Of a DNA stretch of 64,000 nt, positions 50,140 through 63,069 are shown piece after piece; within the stretch, counting starts at the first letter, position 1, and every line of letters starts with the position of its first letter. Both the position numbers and the translations under genes were made by a program. Source of the stretch: Chrysomallon squamiferum (taxonomy: Eukaryota; Animalia; Mollusca); the NCBI GenBank assembly GCA_012295275.1, contig CM022672.1, positions 28,706,001 through 28,770,000 on the forward strand, read 5' to 3'. The notes under the pieces were generated by a model that saw nothing but the letters and a program-made list of their open reading frames with translations, was not told where the DNA came from and did not search any database.

Positions 50140-52206
50140 GTAAGTACCTTTTAACTCTTACATGTGATTGACTTAGTTCCTCCAACATATTACATGGAAT
50201 ATTTTATTTTCCAAATGTTCATATTTGAAAAACATTCAGATTTTTCTTGCTCATTAACATTTTTTTGAATTTGATACTGATGAGATTCATTCTTGCTATA
50301 TGACATTTTGCAAATGTATCCTGCAGCAGGAATTGTAATGATAAAAATACATTGTTTCTTTTTTCTTTTTTATTACACTTATATTAAAGCCAGCATTTTG
50401 TCCTCACAGAAAGATTCCATGCAGTTATTAAATACTTGAAATGTTCTGATATTTTATATTCCAAATGGTGAGAACATCATTTTAGAGATAAAAGCTGTGT
50501 TTATACTTCTGACACATTTTCAGTCAACATTTGCGATTGCATAAATTTATACTTAATCAGCAGAAAGCACTTTTCATATTCTGTCATTATTTTAAGGTGC
50601 AGTTTTCCAAATACAGCTGCGCAGAACATCCTGTGTATATGATTGATATTGCAAGAAATGTTTTATGGTAATAAAATAGTGAACTCATACTGCATTAATC
50701 CACAGTCTATCAACTGATGTACAGAGCCTTGCACCAAATGCCTTGAAAATTGGACAGCAGGTGTTAACATGTGGGACAGTGACCCAAAACAATAAATAAT
50801 GTTTGTTTGCATTGGCATATTATTGTATGTGACTACATCAGAAGTATAAACCCAGCTTTATTTAAAAATTCACTTTAAAAAGAATTTAATGCTGATGTTG
50901 GAGAAACTATGTCATTTCATCTAATATAATAAGACATTTTCAGTTGCGTATGATGCCAGAATAACTTTTTAATACAAATCCAAAACATTTGCTAACTGCT
51001 AATTATCAGTAGCATTATTTGAGTATGCAATGTAACCATATAATGACAGTTAAAACTTATTTTACTGCTATTTATCTATAATCCACATTTTTATTACTCA
51101 AGTTGCAAAATTCAACACTTATAATCAGAACTGTATTAATTTTTCATTTTCACTTTAGAAAAAAATTAGTTTGTCTGACATTGATTTATTATTCAGAGCT
51201 TTCATTTTTAAACTTTTCAAATTAGCATAATGTTTCTGTCAGATAAATATTTATGGAGCCAAAAATGGAAAGGTGATGGACATTACATTGGCTGCTGTTT
51301 ATTGAGAATCTTATAAAATTAAGGAATAAAATCATTAAAAAACAAAACAAAAGTAAATAGTAATAAATAATGTTATATATTTTATACTCGTTTTCTGATA
51401 ACAATCAAAACTGTACAGAAAGGGCCTTTCTCTTGAGAACAATATATGTATATCTTTTATCTTTTTAAGCCAAGTGTCAGAACAAGTGGTTTTCAGTATA
51501 CAACTTAATTAAATCATTATACATAAATTGATATTTAGAATTAAGATGCCTCTATGAGGTGTCCCAACTTTAATTTCCTTTGTATTTGTAACCATTATAT
51601 CAGTCATGCTGTTTTTAAGTTTTTATATTTTGCAAACGTTTTAATTTTCTGAATGTAATGAAAAAAAAGAATTCTGAGATAGCAATGGAGCAGTAATGTT
51701 AAAAGGAGATACAGGAGGGACTAATGTTAGTTACTTTATTTATTTATTTATTTATTTATTTATTATCATTCTTTATTTATTTGTTATCATTATTTATTTA
51801 TTTTTTATTATTTGAATTTTTATTTTTTTGAAGGAAGAACAGCAGGGGAAACCCTATTTTTGCATCGGTATATATTTTTTGCTAAAATAGCACTAAAACT
51901 TTATTTGAACAGTTGTTTTTGTTCTTTTATCCTGTGTCAGCTACAAATCATATTGTTGGTGAAATTATTAATATGATGATGGGATAGCACAGACTTCCAG
52001 CCTTCAGAAAGTATATAAAGTTTTTGGTTTCTTACTGTATTTACAGGATTTTGCCAGTACAGATGCACTTTTAACGATAATGCAGAAAGTGGACTTCAGT
52101 AAGCTTGTTTTAATGCTAAAAAATTAAAGAGTAAAAGGGTTAAATCACAATTGAAACTGTTGTGGAAAGGCATAATTTTGGTGGGGTTTAATTTTTTTCC
52201 TTTCAG

Positions 52207-52390
52207 ACTTGTGTCCTATGGAACTTCTGTGGACTGTACCATTTTATTTATACCAGACAAGAACTTTTTGCTTGTGATAGAAGTCCTGATAAATTATGTA
52301 CAAAAAGTAAAACTGAAGTATATACTATTATATCTAATTAAATGTGTTACTAATGAGGTGTGTGGGGGAAAAAAAAAAAAAAATTTGTAA
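52207..52390 (+). pseudogene. Possible decayed zinc-finger exon (or finger-less terminal exon) of gene B
   Basis: Strong acceptor tttttttcctttcag; phase-2 frame is open but not finger-like; another frame reads LWNFCG...ELFACDRSPDKLCTKSK. Confidence 0.35.
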
Positions 52391-54509
52391 GAGTCCAAAT
52401 ATTTTGCAAAGTTTTGTCAAACTGGAATTGTCTTATCAATACCTCATAACTTAAACATTTAGTTCCCATTATCATTGGTATACATTATAATAGCTAATTT
52501 TAAATATGTTGTTTTACACGCTTCAGCAAACAAAATTTAAACACACTTACCAAATAGAAGTACAGAAAATTTCAGCCAACTATTTCTGATTGTTTTGGAA
52601 ATATGGGTTCCTGATGGATACCAACAAATGTTACAAACAATTGTCGTTATGAAATGCATTTACTTACAGACCTAATGGAATTACTCTGGATATATGCAGT
52701 TACAGTCACAGGTTTCTTGTTTCCAGTTGATATAAATGCTAAAAGCAAATCTGTTTCCAAGAGATCAAACCATCAATTCTTTTGTTTTTCATTCCTTTGT
52801 AAACCAATTTTTAATTGGTTTATGCACTTCTGACAAGTATACGGATGGATAAATTTACCGAAACTAGTATGTATTTTATTTATTTATTTATGTTAACAGT
52901 TACCAACAAAATTCTTGAATGCTTTATGTTTTTTAAAAATATTTCCACTATGTAACATTCACCTCAACATTGGGAGCAAACAAACTGGTTACAAAGTTGT
53001 GAAAGCTCATTTACAACCCAGTTTGTCACGAGACTTTCCAGTTGTGGTTAATAAAGTATTAGGAACAACTTGATTGTCAAGTCAGCCAAAGAGCTCTGAA
53101 TGTGATATCAGAAAACTTTGACCGACTTTGTCTGTATGTCAATTCACCAAAAAGTGCAAAATGCAGAAGTGTATGTTTACAGATTCAGTCATCAATCTTG
53201 TCTGACAAGTTTAATGTATGTTATGAAGGTATAAAACCGGTGTCAGCTTTAAAGCTAATTACACATTTTATCGATGGCATATGTATTTCTGATATCAATA
53301 TAGGCTTTATTTTTCACAATCCCACATCAGATTAGCAAGAAAAAATAATTCACAAAAACGTGATAATATAACAGCATTTGTTATTTCTATTCTAATAATT
53401 AAATTTATAAATAAAAAAGAACTTAGTTACATGTTAATTCAGGATCATTGTTCCAAAATATAGATGAAAAAGTGTTGAATTGAGAGTGGGATGAGTAAAA
53501 AAAATAATAAAGCGAATCAGTATGTCTGCATATGATAGACTTTTCTTTCTTTTTTTTAACCTAAAAAGTGTATTCCATTAAGTTAAGTTCTAAGAATCAA
53601 GTTACTATATGTACAAAACTAGGTTTTGTAATCTTTACAACTCATAGATTCTCTTGATTTGGAATATGTTCATGTGACATAATTGTAAGAGTGCTCTGCT
53701 TACAGAAATACAGGTTTTGTTATGAATATATATTTGTTAATAATTTAAAGTAAAATATGGCACTGCAGAAATATCACAGTAGGTACAAAGCATTTAAAGC
53801 TATCAAAATTGGATAATACCTTGTATGTGTGATAAAGTGATTAAAATCTGACAAGAATTAAAAACAAAATAATAATAATAATAATAATAATAGTAATAAT
53901 AATAATAAAATTAAAAAACAAAAAAATAATTAAAACACATCATGACCACATTTTATGATATGCCAGTAGATTACTGTTATTTCCTTCAAATTATATTTAT
54001 TAAAATTAAATTTATTAATAAATTATTTTTTTATTTCTTTCTATTCTACTTTTGTTGTGTACAGTTTTATGAAAAATGGACTTGATAAATAAATCACAAA
54101 CAAAAATAACTAAAAAATAATGCTGCCAACTTTTCTGGTTTCATTGCTTTTAGTCACAAAGAAACTGGTGTAAAGATTATGAATAATCAAAGAAATGCAG
54201 TGTTTTACTGTTAAAATTAGAGTTGACAATAAGCACAGTTCTTATAAAGTTGTATTCAACTTAACTGAGATGGACGTGATAACTGACTGTACAGAATTAC
54301 ACAAACCTAAGCAAAAAAGGGCAAGATAATTTTTTTTTTTTTTTTTTTTAAGAAACAGCATATCGATGCATGTTTGTAGATGTTTAAATTCATGTTCATG
54401 AGAAAGGCTTCATTATGTTGTTTCCTTTCACCTTCACAAACTTTACTGTGCCCTAATGCATCTAAAGGGAGAAGTCATTTCTCTCTGTTTTTCTTGCCTA
54501 GCTTGAACC

Positions 54510-54513
<4 letters not shown>

Positions 54514-54562
<49 letters not shown>
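54514..54562. repeat. (GT)n microsatellite
   Basis: Perfect dinucleotide run. Confidence 0.95.
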
Positions 54563-54571
<9 letters not shown>

Positions 54572-55270
54572 GGTGTGTTATAATGTTTGTTCAACATAAA
54601 CATGCTTCTAGTTCAGTACTACAATTGCATGCTACTTCATGGCTATCATGTAAATGTCCTCTAGAACCTCATTATTGTACTGATCATATTTCAAATTAAA
54701 AATAGAACTGTTTGTCATTCGTCATTCAGAATTTGAAGTCAATCCACATAATAGTTTTTAAGTTATGGCCATTGATATGTTTTACTCTGTGGTGATTGTT
54801 TATGTCTGCACAAATCATTTTGAACCTACCTCATATTTGTAGATTTTATCATAAAACAGAATACAATGATCATTGTCAAAAATATTACAGGTACACTCTA
54901 GATGGAGTAGTTTGAGACACTGATCATTAGAAACAGAATGATAGACTGCCAGAATTTTTTTTTTTTTCCCATTTCTGGTTTTAAGTGTTTGTTTTTCAAA
55001 TTTTCATGAATTGACATTTTTTTTAATATTGCATTTTTAGATTTGAACATTTGTGAGGTACTTCTTGTAGTTGTAGTAAAACAGATGTCATTTGTTAAGT
55101 AATCAAGATAATGTTTGTTAAATGTGTCGGTTAAGAGAGCAAATGTTTTTCAGGTATAGATCTTATTATTGTATTGTTCTTTACATTCTCCACACCTGAT
55201 ATACAAACTCACACATGTCTAAATGTTGAACAAAATATTTCACACAAGTTTTTGTCTGTTTCTCATAAAA

Positions 55271-56290
55271 GGGTCATTCTGTGCCAACTCAACCAGAGCT
55301 GTCCAGGTGATCATCTCCAATTTTGATAAAATTCATTTGTGCATCTGTACAAATAATGGAAGCATGCAAAAGTTTTGAAATCATGGTTGATCAGATGTAG
55401 GGATCATGCACCACCAATACCAGCACAAGGGTTCTTATTATGGCTTGTGACAAAATTAATAATGATTTTAATGTTTTTATAGTGACCAGCAGCCCCATCA
55501 CTATAGTATATTACCTCCATAATGGATGGTATTGTGGTTTTAATATGCAGTGATTAAAATCGGTGAATGTATGGCAACAGTTTCATGTTTGAGGCAGTCT
55601 GAAATTATACAGTCATTCAGGCATTTTAATTTGTCATCCAGTCTATAATACATCAAAAAGAAAGAAATGTGGCTTGAAAACTGTCTTAGTGGTAGACTTA
55701 CATTACATCTTGAATTATGAAGCTGTAGTTTTATGCAAAGTCTGATAAACAGCCTTGTGTGGAGCAAGGTATTCTTCAGCTTCCTAATGCCTTGTGCTTT
55801 AGCTATAAAATGGTGCTGACAGATATCATAAAGTAAGTTGTTGGCTTTTTCTGTGCATTCTTGAGCAGATTCCAATAGTCAGACTTAAGAGTGGTCCTGT
55901 CTGTGTGAACACCCTGAGTGAGATTAAGAAATGTCCATATGTACATACTTCAAATCAGTCAGAGTTTGTATCCATAACAAATAATCGTAACAGACCTCCA
56001 AAATATAAAAATAAAATTTAGTTTCAAAGGATAAAAAATTAAACTTTGGATGTCTCCTGGTCAAAAACTATCAGAGCTATGTAAATAACATTTCATTTGT
56101 AGATTCTCCAGGGATGAATTATGTAACACAGCAAATTTCAGATTAATATTTTTATAGCACTCAAGAATAGCCCAAAACTATTTGACATAGTTGCGCATGC
56201 CAAAAATGGGAGGATTGCCCACCATTTATCAAAATTGGAGACGGCCACCTGGGAAATTTTCCGTAACTCATATTTTGGTGTGGAATGGCC
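55271..56290 (-). mobile_element. Older Sola2-like element of a second family, with a transposase catalytic-core relic
   Basis: Imperfect TIRs (gggtcattctgtgccaa...atctccaattttgataaa / tttatcaaaattggagac...ggaatggcc), AAAA on both flanks; minus-strand motifs HHFIAKAQ, SDFA*NYSFIIQD, ISDCLKHETVAIH, YYSDGAAGHYKN, TSHNKNPCAGIGG. Confidence 0.78.
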
Positions 56291-56471
56291 AAAAATATAA
56301 CTGACAGTTGAGAATATCAGACATTTATTTTATTGAATTGGTGAGAACTCTTTAGAAAAAGCTGCAGTGGGTATTCGTGTTTTTGCTTACTTATAACAGT
56401 GAAAACGAAGGTTGAATATTTGTGTAGTATTTAGAAAGTGCTTAACTGAAATTTAATTGTTTTGATTTCAG

Positions 56472-56722
56472 AACAGATATAGGAAGACAACTGGAGAAAG
56501 TTGATAAAAAATCCCCCCGATCAGCTGGAATACATGTTTGTGAAATTTGCTATAAAACTTTCACGTTTAACTGGACACTGAATCGGCACAAACACAGTGT
56601 ACATCAGAAACTCTGTACTCACATATGTGGAATTTGTGGGAAAGCATTTACTCGTAAAGATCATTTGGCTGCTCACATATCTGTGCATAACAGATTACTA
56701 ACTAAAAAGATAAACCTGAGAT

Positions 56723-56724
<2 letters not shown>
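56472..56724 (+). CDS. Gene B alternative terminal exon V1: C2H2 pair (CEICYKTFTFNWTLNRHKHSVH...CGICGKAFTRKDHLAAHISVH); absent from the ORF track
   Basis: Manual translation from acceptor ttttgatttcag, phase 2, length 1+252 nt. Confidence 0.85.
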
Positions 56725-56760
<36 letters not shown>

Positions 56761-57285
56761 TTATGCTCATCAGAATTGAATATCATCCAGTTCTATAATT
56801 TTGAGTGTTCTTGCTTTGAAATTAATTGGTATTTGAAGATACTATCAATGGCTGGTTACAAATGTGTACAATATTTGATATAGCAAGCCTTTTTTTTTTA
56901 TACTAAGTTTAACCATTACATAATTTGAGTTAATAATTATAATGATAAAAAAAAACTTTACTGGAATAACAGATATTATATACATAGCTGGAGAGATTTA
57001 ATCATAATGACAAGCAAACATTCTATATAAAACATTTTTTGTTTTTGTTTTTTTTGTTTATGCTGTATAATTGTATGTAATAGAAATGAAATATATGATA
57101 GAATTATAGAAAACAAACACAAATTATTAACCAAATAGGCTTTCATATAATAAGTCAACCTGTCAGGTATGTTGTAATAAAAAATAAATTTTGTATTTTA
57201 TATCTAATAAAAAAAAAATGCATAAACTATAAATTATTGGAAATTCTTTATTACTGAGAAATTCGTGTAACTATTTTGGTTTCAG

Positions 57286-57520
57286 AAAATCAACACTTGG
57301 AAAAACAAAATCCTGTAATAGAGAAAAGTCAAAATCTACAAGATCAAGAGAGAAAAGACATGTTTGTTTTTTATGTCGCAAATCATACGTTTTCTCGTAT
57401 GATCTGAAACGTCATCATCAAGCTGTACATGAAGGACGCCGAATTCCATGTTCAGTCTGTGGCAAAATGTTCACCAGTGTGTCAAATGCAAATTTGCATA
57501 TAAAACAGATGCATCGATAA
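57286..57520 (+). CDS. Gene B alternative terminal exon V2: C2H2 pair (CFLCRKSYVFSYDLKRHHQAVH...CSVCGKMFTSVSNANLHIKQMH); absent from the ORF track
   Basis: Manual translation from acceptor tattttggtttcag, phase 2, length 1+234 nt. Confidence 0.85.
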
Positions 57521-58512
57521 ATAGCTGCACAAAATAACAATGGCTTCTGATTTTTCAGTTATGTTTAAAACTTTTTAAACAAAGATAAAGATCATACAGA
57601 TTTTAGATTTTTGTGTCTGTATACTTCATTGGTAAATCAGAAACAATGTTTGTATTTGAATTAAATAATAAACAAAATGTCTCTTATTGTAAATAAGTGG
57701 TGTTGAGACTTGTTTTGAAAGAGTCCATGATAAAGTTCCGGATATTTAAAACTAAATTTGTTTTTTTTATAATTGAAATGTAATCATAACTTCATTATAA
57801 TCTGGTATTTTATTATTATTATTTTTTATTTATTTATTTATTATTATTATTTTTGTTCAATTGGTCTAAAGGTCATTTCAGTTATTACATAACATCATTC
57901 ACCATTAGCACTTGTTACATAATGCCTCAAAAGTTTGCTAGCTTATGAACTACATATCAAAATCCAGTCCTATGTTGAGTAAGTTTGTAATATTTTACAA
58001 TGTAAGTTACAATGTACAGTTAAGTCATCTCAGCTGGAATAGTTATTACTGTATAGGTCTTCCTTTTTTCCCCCCTTCTTTTTCTCTGTATTCAGTTTTG
58101 TGATTCTGTAACATGCTGCCAAGTTTGTGATTCTACTTTCTGATTCAGAATATATCTTTCTAAAAAATAAAATCAATACTTCTATGAATGTGTGGTGGTC
58201 TTGTTTGGGTGTGCATGTGCATGTGTATGTACATGAACCTATTAAGACAAACTAATTAACACAAGGAAAAGAAAATGCTTCTTACAGTGTTATTTATTGT
58301 TAACCATGATGTACCTCTGATAGAGGTCAGTATTTATAGATTGTCAGATATAATAGCTATTTACTTGCCTGATTCTTGAATCTCTTATTTTCAATATAAA
58401 AATAATAATTAAAAGCCAGCAACCTGCATAGATTTTTATTGATGCATATAGCACAGTTTTTAGCTTTTTACTAATTTGTTTTTATTTTAACTTTCAGTTA
58501 TTTTGGTTTCAG

Positions 58513-58753
58513 GACAGCAAGAAATGGAGAAATGATTAAAATGCCTAGAAAAAGTCCTATGTTTCTATTTCCAAGGACAAGACAGAGATGTCACATTTGT
58601 GGTCTTTGTAATAAGACATTTACATATGCCTATGAACTGAAACGTCACCATCGTGTAGTACATGAAAAACAACCATTTCCATGTAATTTTTGTGACAAAA
58701 CTTTCAGCAGTATTTCTAATGTGAACTTGCACATCAAGCGATACCATAAATAA
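58513..58753 (+). CDS. Gene B alternative terminal exon V3: C2H2 pair (CGLCNKTFTYAYELKRHHRVVH...CNFCDKTFSSISNVNLHIKRYH)
   Basis: Acceptor ttttggtttcag as in V2, phase 2, length 1+240 nt; tandem duplicate of V2. Confidence 0.85.
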
Positions 58754-59613
58754 CATCCATATATTGTTTCACTGATGAACTGTTAATGATAAAAGCAAAT
58801 ATTATATTATAAAACTTGTTATTCTTGGTGTTTGTTTGCTTCAGTTTATATCAAGATTGATTGTGGGAAAAAAAATTGCTGTTCACTATTTATATCCAGA
58901 TCTTTAATTTTCAGAAGTGGAAAGTTATACTGGTATGTCTGATAATACTTAGTATGTAAAGTAGCCCCATTTTCACATGACAAACCCTGCAGCAAGTGTC
59001 TGTATAAAGCAAGCACTGAATTTAAGGGGAACAATCAAGGAATGTAACACAAACCTGGAAAAAAATGTTTGGGCAATGCCATTCAGAATTACCAATATCA
59101 GATAATTTATCTGTGCATTAGTCATGTGTACAATATATATGCAGGTGTGTTCATTTAAAACTTAAATTTTCCGTTTTCATAATAGTATAGAAAGATTAAT
59201 TTGTGTATAATACTATCAAAATATTATAATGTTTAATGAATTTCATAGATATTTGTATTTTCAAGTACTTTTTTATGTCCATGAAAAGCATAATGAAAAA
59301 TAAGGTTTCTTAAAGAAAACAGAATTGTTTAGTAAATTATTCTATAGATTCAGTATTTTGGGTATGTTAAAATTATTAGTTTTAAATAATAATGAACATT
59401 TTTAATGAAGTGTTATTTTTTTTATTATTATCATATTATTATTTTGAAACAATCATATGAATGATAGTACATTTTTTCAATTTTGACATTTATTTATTTA
59501 TTTATTTATTTATAAACATGAAAACAAAGAACAGAAACAAAAATGATTAGACTTCGGTACGTGAGCCTAGTAGAATGCTTTTGGATAATGTTTGGTATCC
59601 ATTCCCTTTTCAG

Positions 59614-59818
59614 AGGTACAGCCTGGAAATGGAAAGATGTTTTTAGAAAGTCTCCCTTCACTTGCAGAATATGCCAAAAAGAATTTCAGTATTCCTACAA
59701 TCGCAATCGTCACATGAAGAGTGTACACCAGTTGCTATTAAAATTTTCTTGTTCAGTCTGTGGAAAACAGTTCAATAGAAAGGACAACCTGTACACTCAC
59801 ATGAAAATACATGAGTGA
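59614..59818 (+). CDS. Gene B alternative terminal exon V4: C2H2 pair (CRICQKEFQYSYNRNRHMKSVH...CSVCGKQFNRKDNLYTHMKIH)
   Basis: Acceptor ttcccttttcag, phase 2, length 1+204 nt. Confidence 0.85.
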
Positions 59819-60540
59819 AAATTTCACATACTAACTATCAAAATTGCTTATTGTGTATTTGTGTGATGGTTCATAAAAATTTAAATGTTAGTAGATGAAA
59901 AAGAATATTTGAATCATGAAGCAAAACATGTATTGTATTCAAGGTAACAAAAACCAACAACAGTGGAAACAAATTTTTACTGTATTACTCTTTTTTTTTT
60001 CTATTCCTGTCCCTTTTATTCTTTTTTTTTCACTTTGGAGGGCATTATAAATAATGTTATTTGTATGGAGTTATGTCCATTTTGGGATCATTATAAATAA
60101 GTGGTGTGTGTGCGTGTGTGTGAACAAGTAAAATAAAAACATATCCAGGTACATCTTATAACTATTTTTTATGTCTTCATAAGAAAGGAAAACAAATAAT
60201 TTATCCAACAGTGTTGTTTGGTTGGTTGGTGTTTTATCAGGATTAATGCAGTTCCTAAATATTGTTCAGTAATAAAGTAAATTTATATTGTGAACCACAT
60301 CAATAAACACAGAAAAATCCTATGAAATGAACTGTATCAGGAATCTGTCTGCTTCTTTGTCAGTAGTTCTGTTAATGAATATATCTATTAGTAAAATGAG
60401 AAACTCATTAAGTAGTGAAAATTGGAAATGTACCTAGCACACTATAAATGAAATAATTATATATAAAAAAATGTTAAGAATGAAACTGATGATACTGAAA
60501 CTGAGATGCTTAACATGCTGCTCCATTCTATATGTTTCAG

Positions 60541-60784
60541 AAAACATTTACCAAACAGACTTGGGTTGATGGTTGGTACTGACAGTGCAGTATGTGGCCT
60601 TTGTCACAGACACTTCTGTTACTCGTATGATCTGACTCGACACCACCGGACAGTGCACCTCAGTGTATCACTGTTTTCTTGTAAAATATGTAGAAGAAAG
60701 TTCAACCGAAAAGACAATATGATTCGACATCAGAAAACTCACACTAGTTTAAATAATAATGTGTATAACACAGAAGATTTGTAA
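60541..60784 (+). CDS. Gene B alternative terminal exon V5: C2H2 pair (CGLCHRHFCYSYDLTRHHRTVH...CKICRRKFNRKDNMIRHQKTH)
   Basis: Acceptor tatgtttcag, phase 2, length 1+243 nt. Confidence 0.85.
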
Positions 60785-61377
60785 AGAAAAGAAACCAGTC
60801 ATTTTGGTCTATAAATTCTTTTAAATTTCATTGTTATTATGCCTTTTAATTAAAATTCAATTGTGTTACATGATGTGAAAGAAATTTAAAAAATCAGTGT
60901 TTATTTACATCTGATAAGTAAAATTGTATCCTTAAAATATATAATGAAAACAAGAATTAAACATTTTCACCAGAAGGGTTTATGTCAGCTGTTTTGGGGT
61001 GTTTGTTTTTAAATTTTTCTGTTTGTGTGTGTGTGCGTGTGTCCCATGATACCTGTTATTTACAGTGACCTAAGAGGACATTGTTTTTATTATTTTGTTT
61101 ATATCCTGTGAATAGATATTTATTCTGGCAACATCTTTACCTGGTATTTAATTAATAATCTAACTTTCTGTCAGACTAATGAACTGTCATTTCTTTGTAT
61201 AGTTTACAGTTTTCCTAAGAAATTGCACAAACTGTAACAGTTTTTAAAATCATATCTTAAAGCAAGGGGTAAAAAAAAAAAAAAAAAATGTAGGAAAAGT
61301 CTATTTTAATTTTATATTTGTGATTTCCTCTAATGACATTAAGAACAAAATGAAAGACTGAGTTATTTTGATTTCAG

Positions 61378-61652
61378 GTCAGTTGGCCATAACTGGAATG
61401 TTAGAGAATTTGACAGATAAGTAGATTATAAAAAAAATTAATGTCTTCTGTTCCTAACAGTAGATTCGCAGAATATAATAATCTCAGCAGGCATCACAAA
61501 ATAGTTCATTAAAAAAATAAAAAATAAATAAATAAAACTAAATTTTTCCATGTTAGTCCTGGCAGACTTTTTAACAGAAGAGTCATCTAGTGCAGCATTT
61601 AAACTATAAAAAGGAAAGCTGTTTTTCTAAACATTCTACAGTGAAGAGATAA
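61378..61652 (+). pseudogene. Decayed zinc-finger exon V6 of gene B
   Basis: Acceptor ttttgatttcag; stops and frameshifts, but YNLSRHHKIVH*, FPC*S, GRLFNRR and HLVQHL remain; A-rich expansion in the inter-finger linker. Confidence 0.78.
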
Positions 61653-62834
61653 TTGGTCTAACACATACAAAAATTATATTAGTAAATTGTAATCAGTACA
61701 TAAATACCTTGTTTTAATAATTAGTTTCATATTTCCTGTTAGGTTTAGCATGTTCTTGTTAATAAGCAGTCACTGAAAACAGCTGGAATATCGGTACTGT
61801 GCTTCTTGAAAAGCTTTTCAGTTTATAACAGATTGTCTTCAAATATGTATATTGTGTATCTGTGCCAGATCTTGTTATGAAAAATGTAAATCACTCTTTT
61901 AGTTAATTATCATGCAGTGTAGATCAGTGAGTGAAAGAAATTTTTTTTATTAATGGAAATTACATATAAAACAACAAAATGTAATATTTCTTACTCATCA
62001 AACTTCCAAGAAGAATAAATATTCTTAATACAGAAATGAAAGCAGGAATAGATTAAAACTCCGAACTTTGTTGACTAGCATAAATACATATTCAATGTTT
62101 GGAAGTGGGAAATAATTTTATTATACTTTTTATACCAGTTCTAAGGACAGAACATTTTTTATTTGTCAACATTCTGTTTCTTTCATTCTTTTGAAAAATG
62201 ATAAGTTGATTAATAGAAATTTATTTTTTGAAGCCTAATGACATCTTATGTTTAATCATTTCATTAGTATTTTAATGTACTTGAATATTTTAAGTTTACA
62301 AGAAAGAAATCAAATATTACAAACTATATTTTATTTTACATACACATCATTTTGATTGCATTTGTGAATGACAGCATAAATGTGAAACTGATATATTAAC
62401 TTTTTCAGTGAATCTTCCTTATAACTTCTTTATTTTTTATTCTTTTATTTTTTTTTTACATCAATTCTAGATATCTCTACGATAGTTTGTTACATATGTG
62501 TTTGTATTAATTCAGAGTTCACATTCATTGTTCTTTGGATAAAGTTTATTCTTTTATTATTTTTGTGTTTTGTGAATTTGATTTTTTTCTGATTCCTCCC
62601 AACCCTGTAAACAAGTATTCAAAAAAAAAAAAAAAAAAAAAAAGTAAAAAAAAAAGTGTTTGGTTTATGGGCTTTTTCATTATATTACTTTATAAAATTA
62701 ATAAATCACTAAATGTCAGGTGAACTGTGGATATGTTTAGAATATATTATAAACATAAGAGAATGGATTCAGCTGAAGTGCTGAATAGTGTCACCTGCAA
62801 CCTGACTACCACACTGGCATATTTTCCTTTTCAG

Positions 62835-63069
62835 GTCAGCTATTCAGAGGATTTCAGACACCATTGTTTCATCATCCCAACACATTTGTCATGAGTGTGG
62901 TAAATGTTTCACCACTCGGGGGAATCTTATGAGACACGCCCAAAGTGTGCATGAACAAGTCACTTTTACCTGTCCAGGCTGTAGACGAAAGTTCAACCAG
63001 AAGAGCAATTTAATGCGACACTTAAAATTTAACTGCAGAGTTATAAAATCTTTATCAGAAAAAATATAG
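62835..63069 (+). CDS. Gene B alternative terminal exon V7: C2H2 + C2HC pair (CHECGKCFTTRGNLMRHAQSVH...CPGCRRKFNQKSNLMRHLKFNC); absent from the ORF track
   Basis: Manual translation from acceptor ttttccttttcag, phase 2, length 1+234 nt. Confidence 0.85.
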
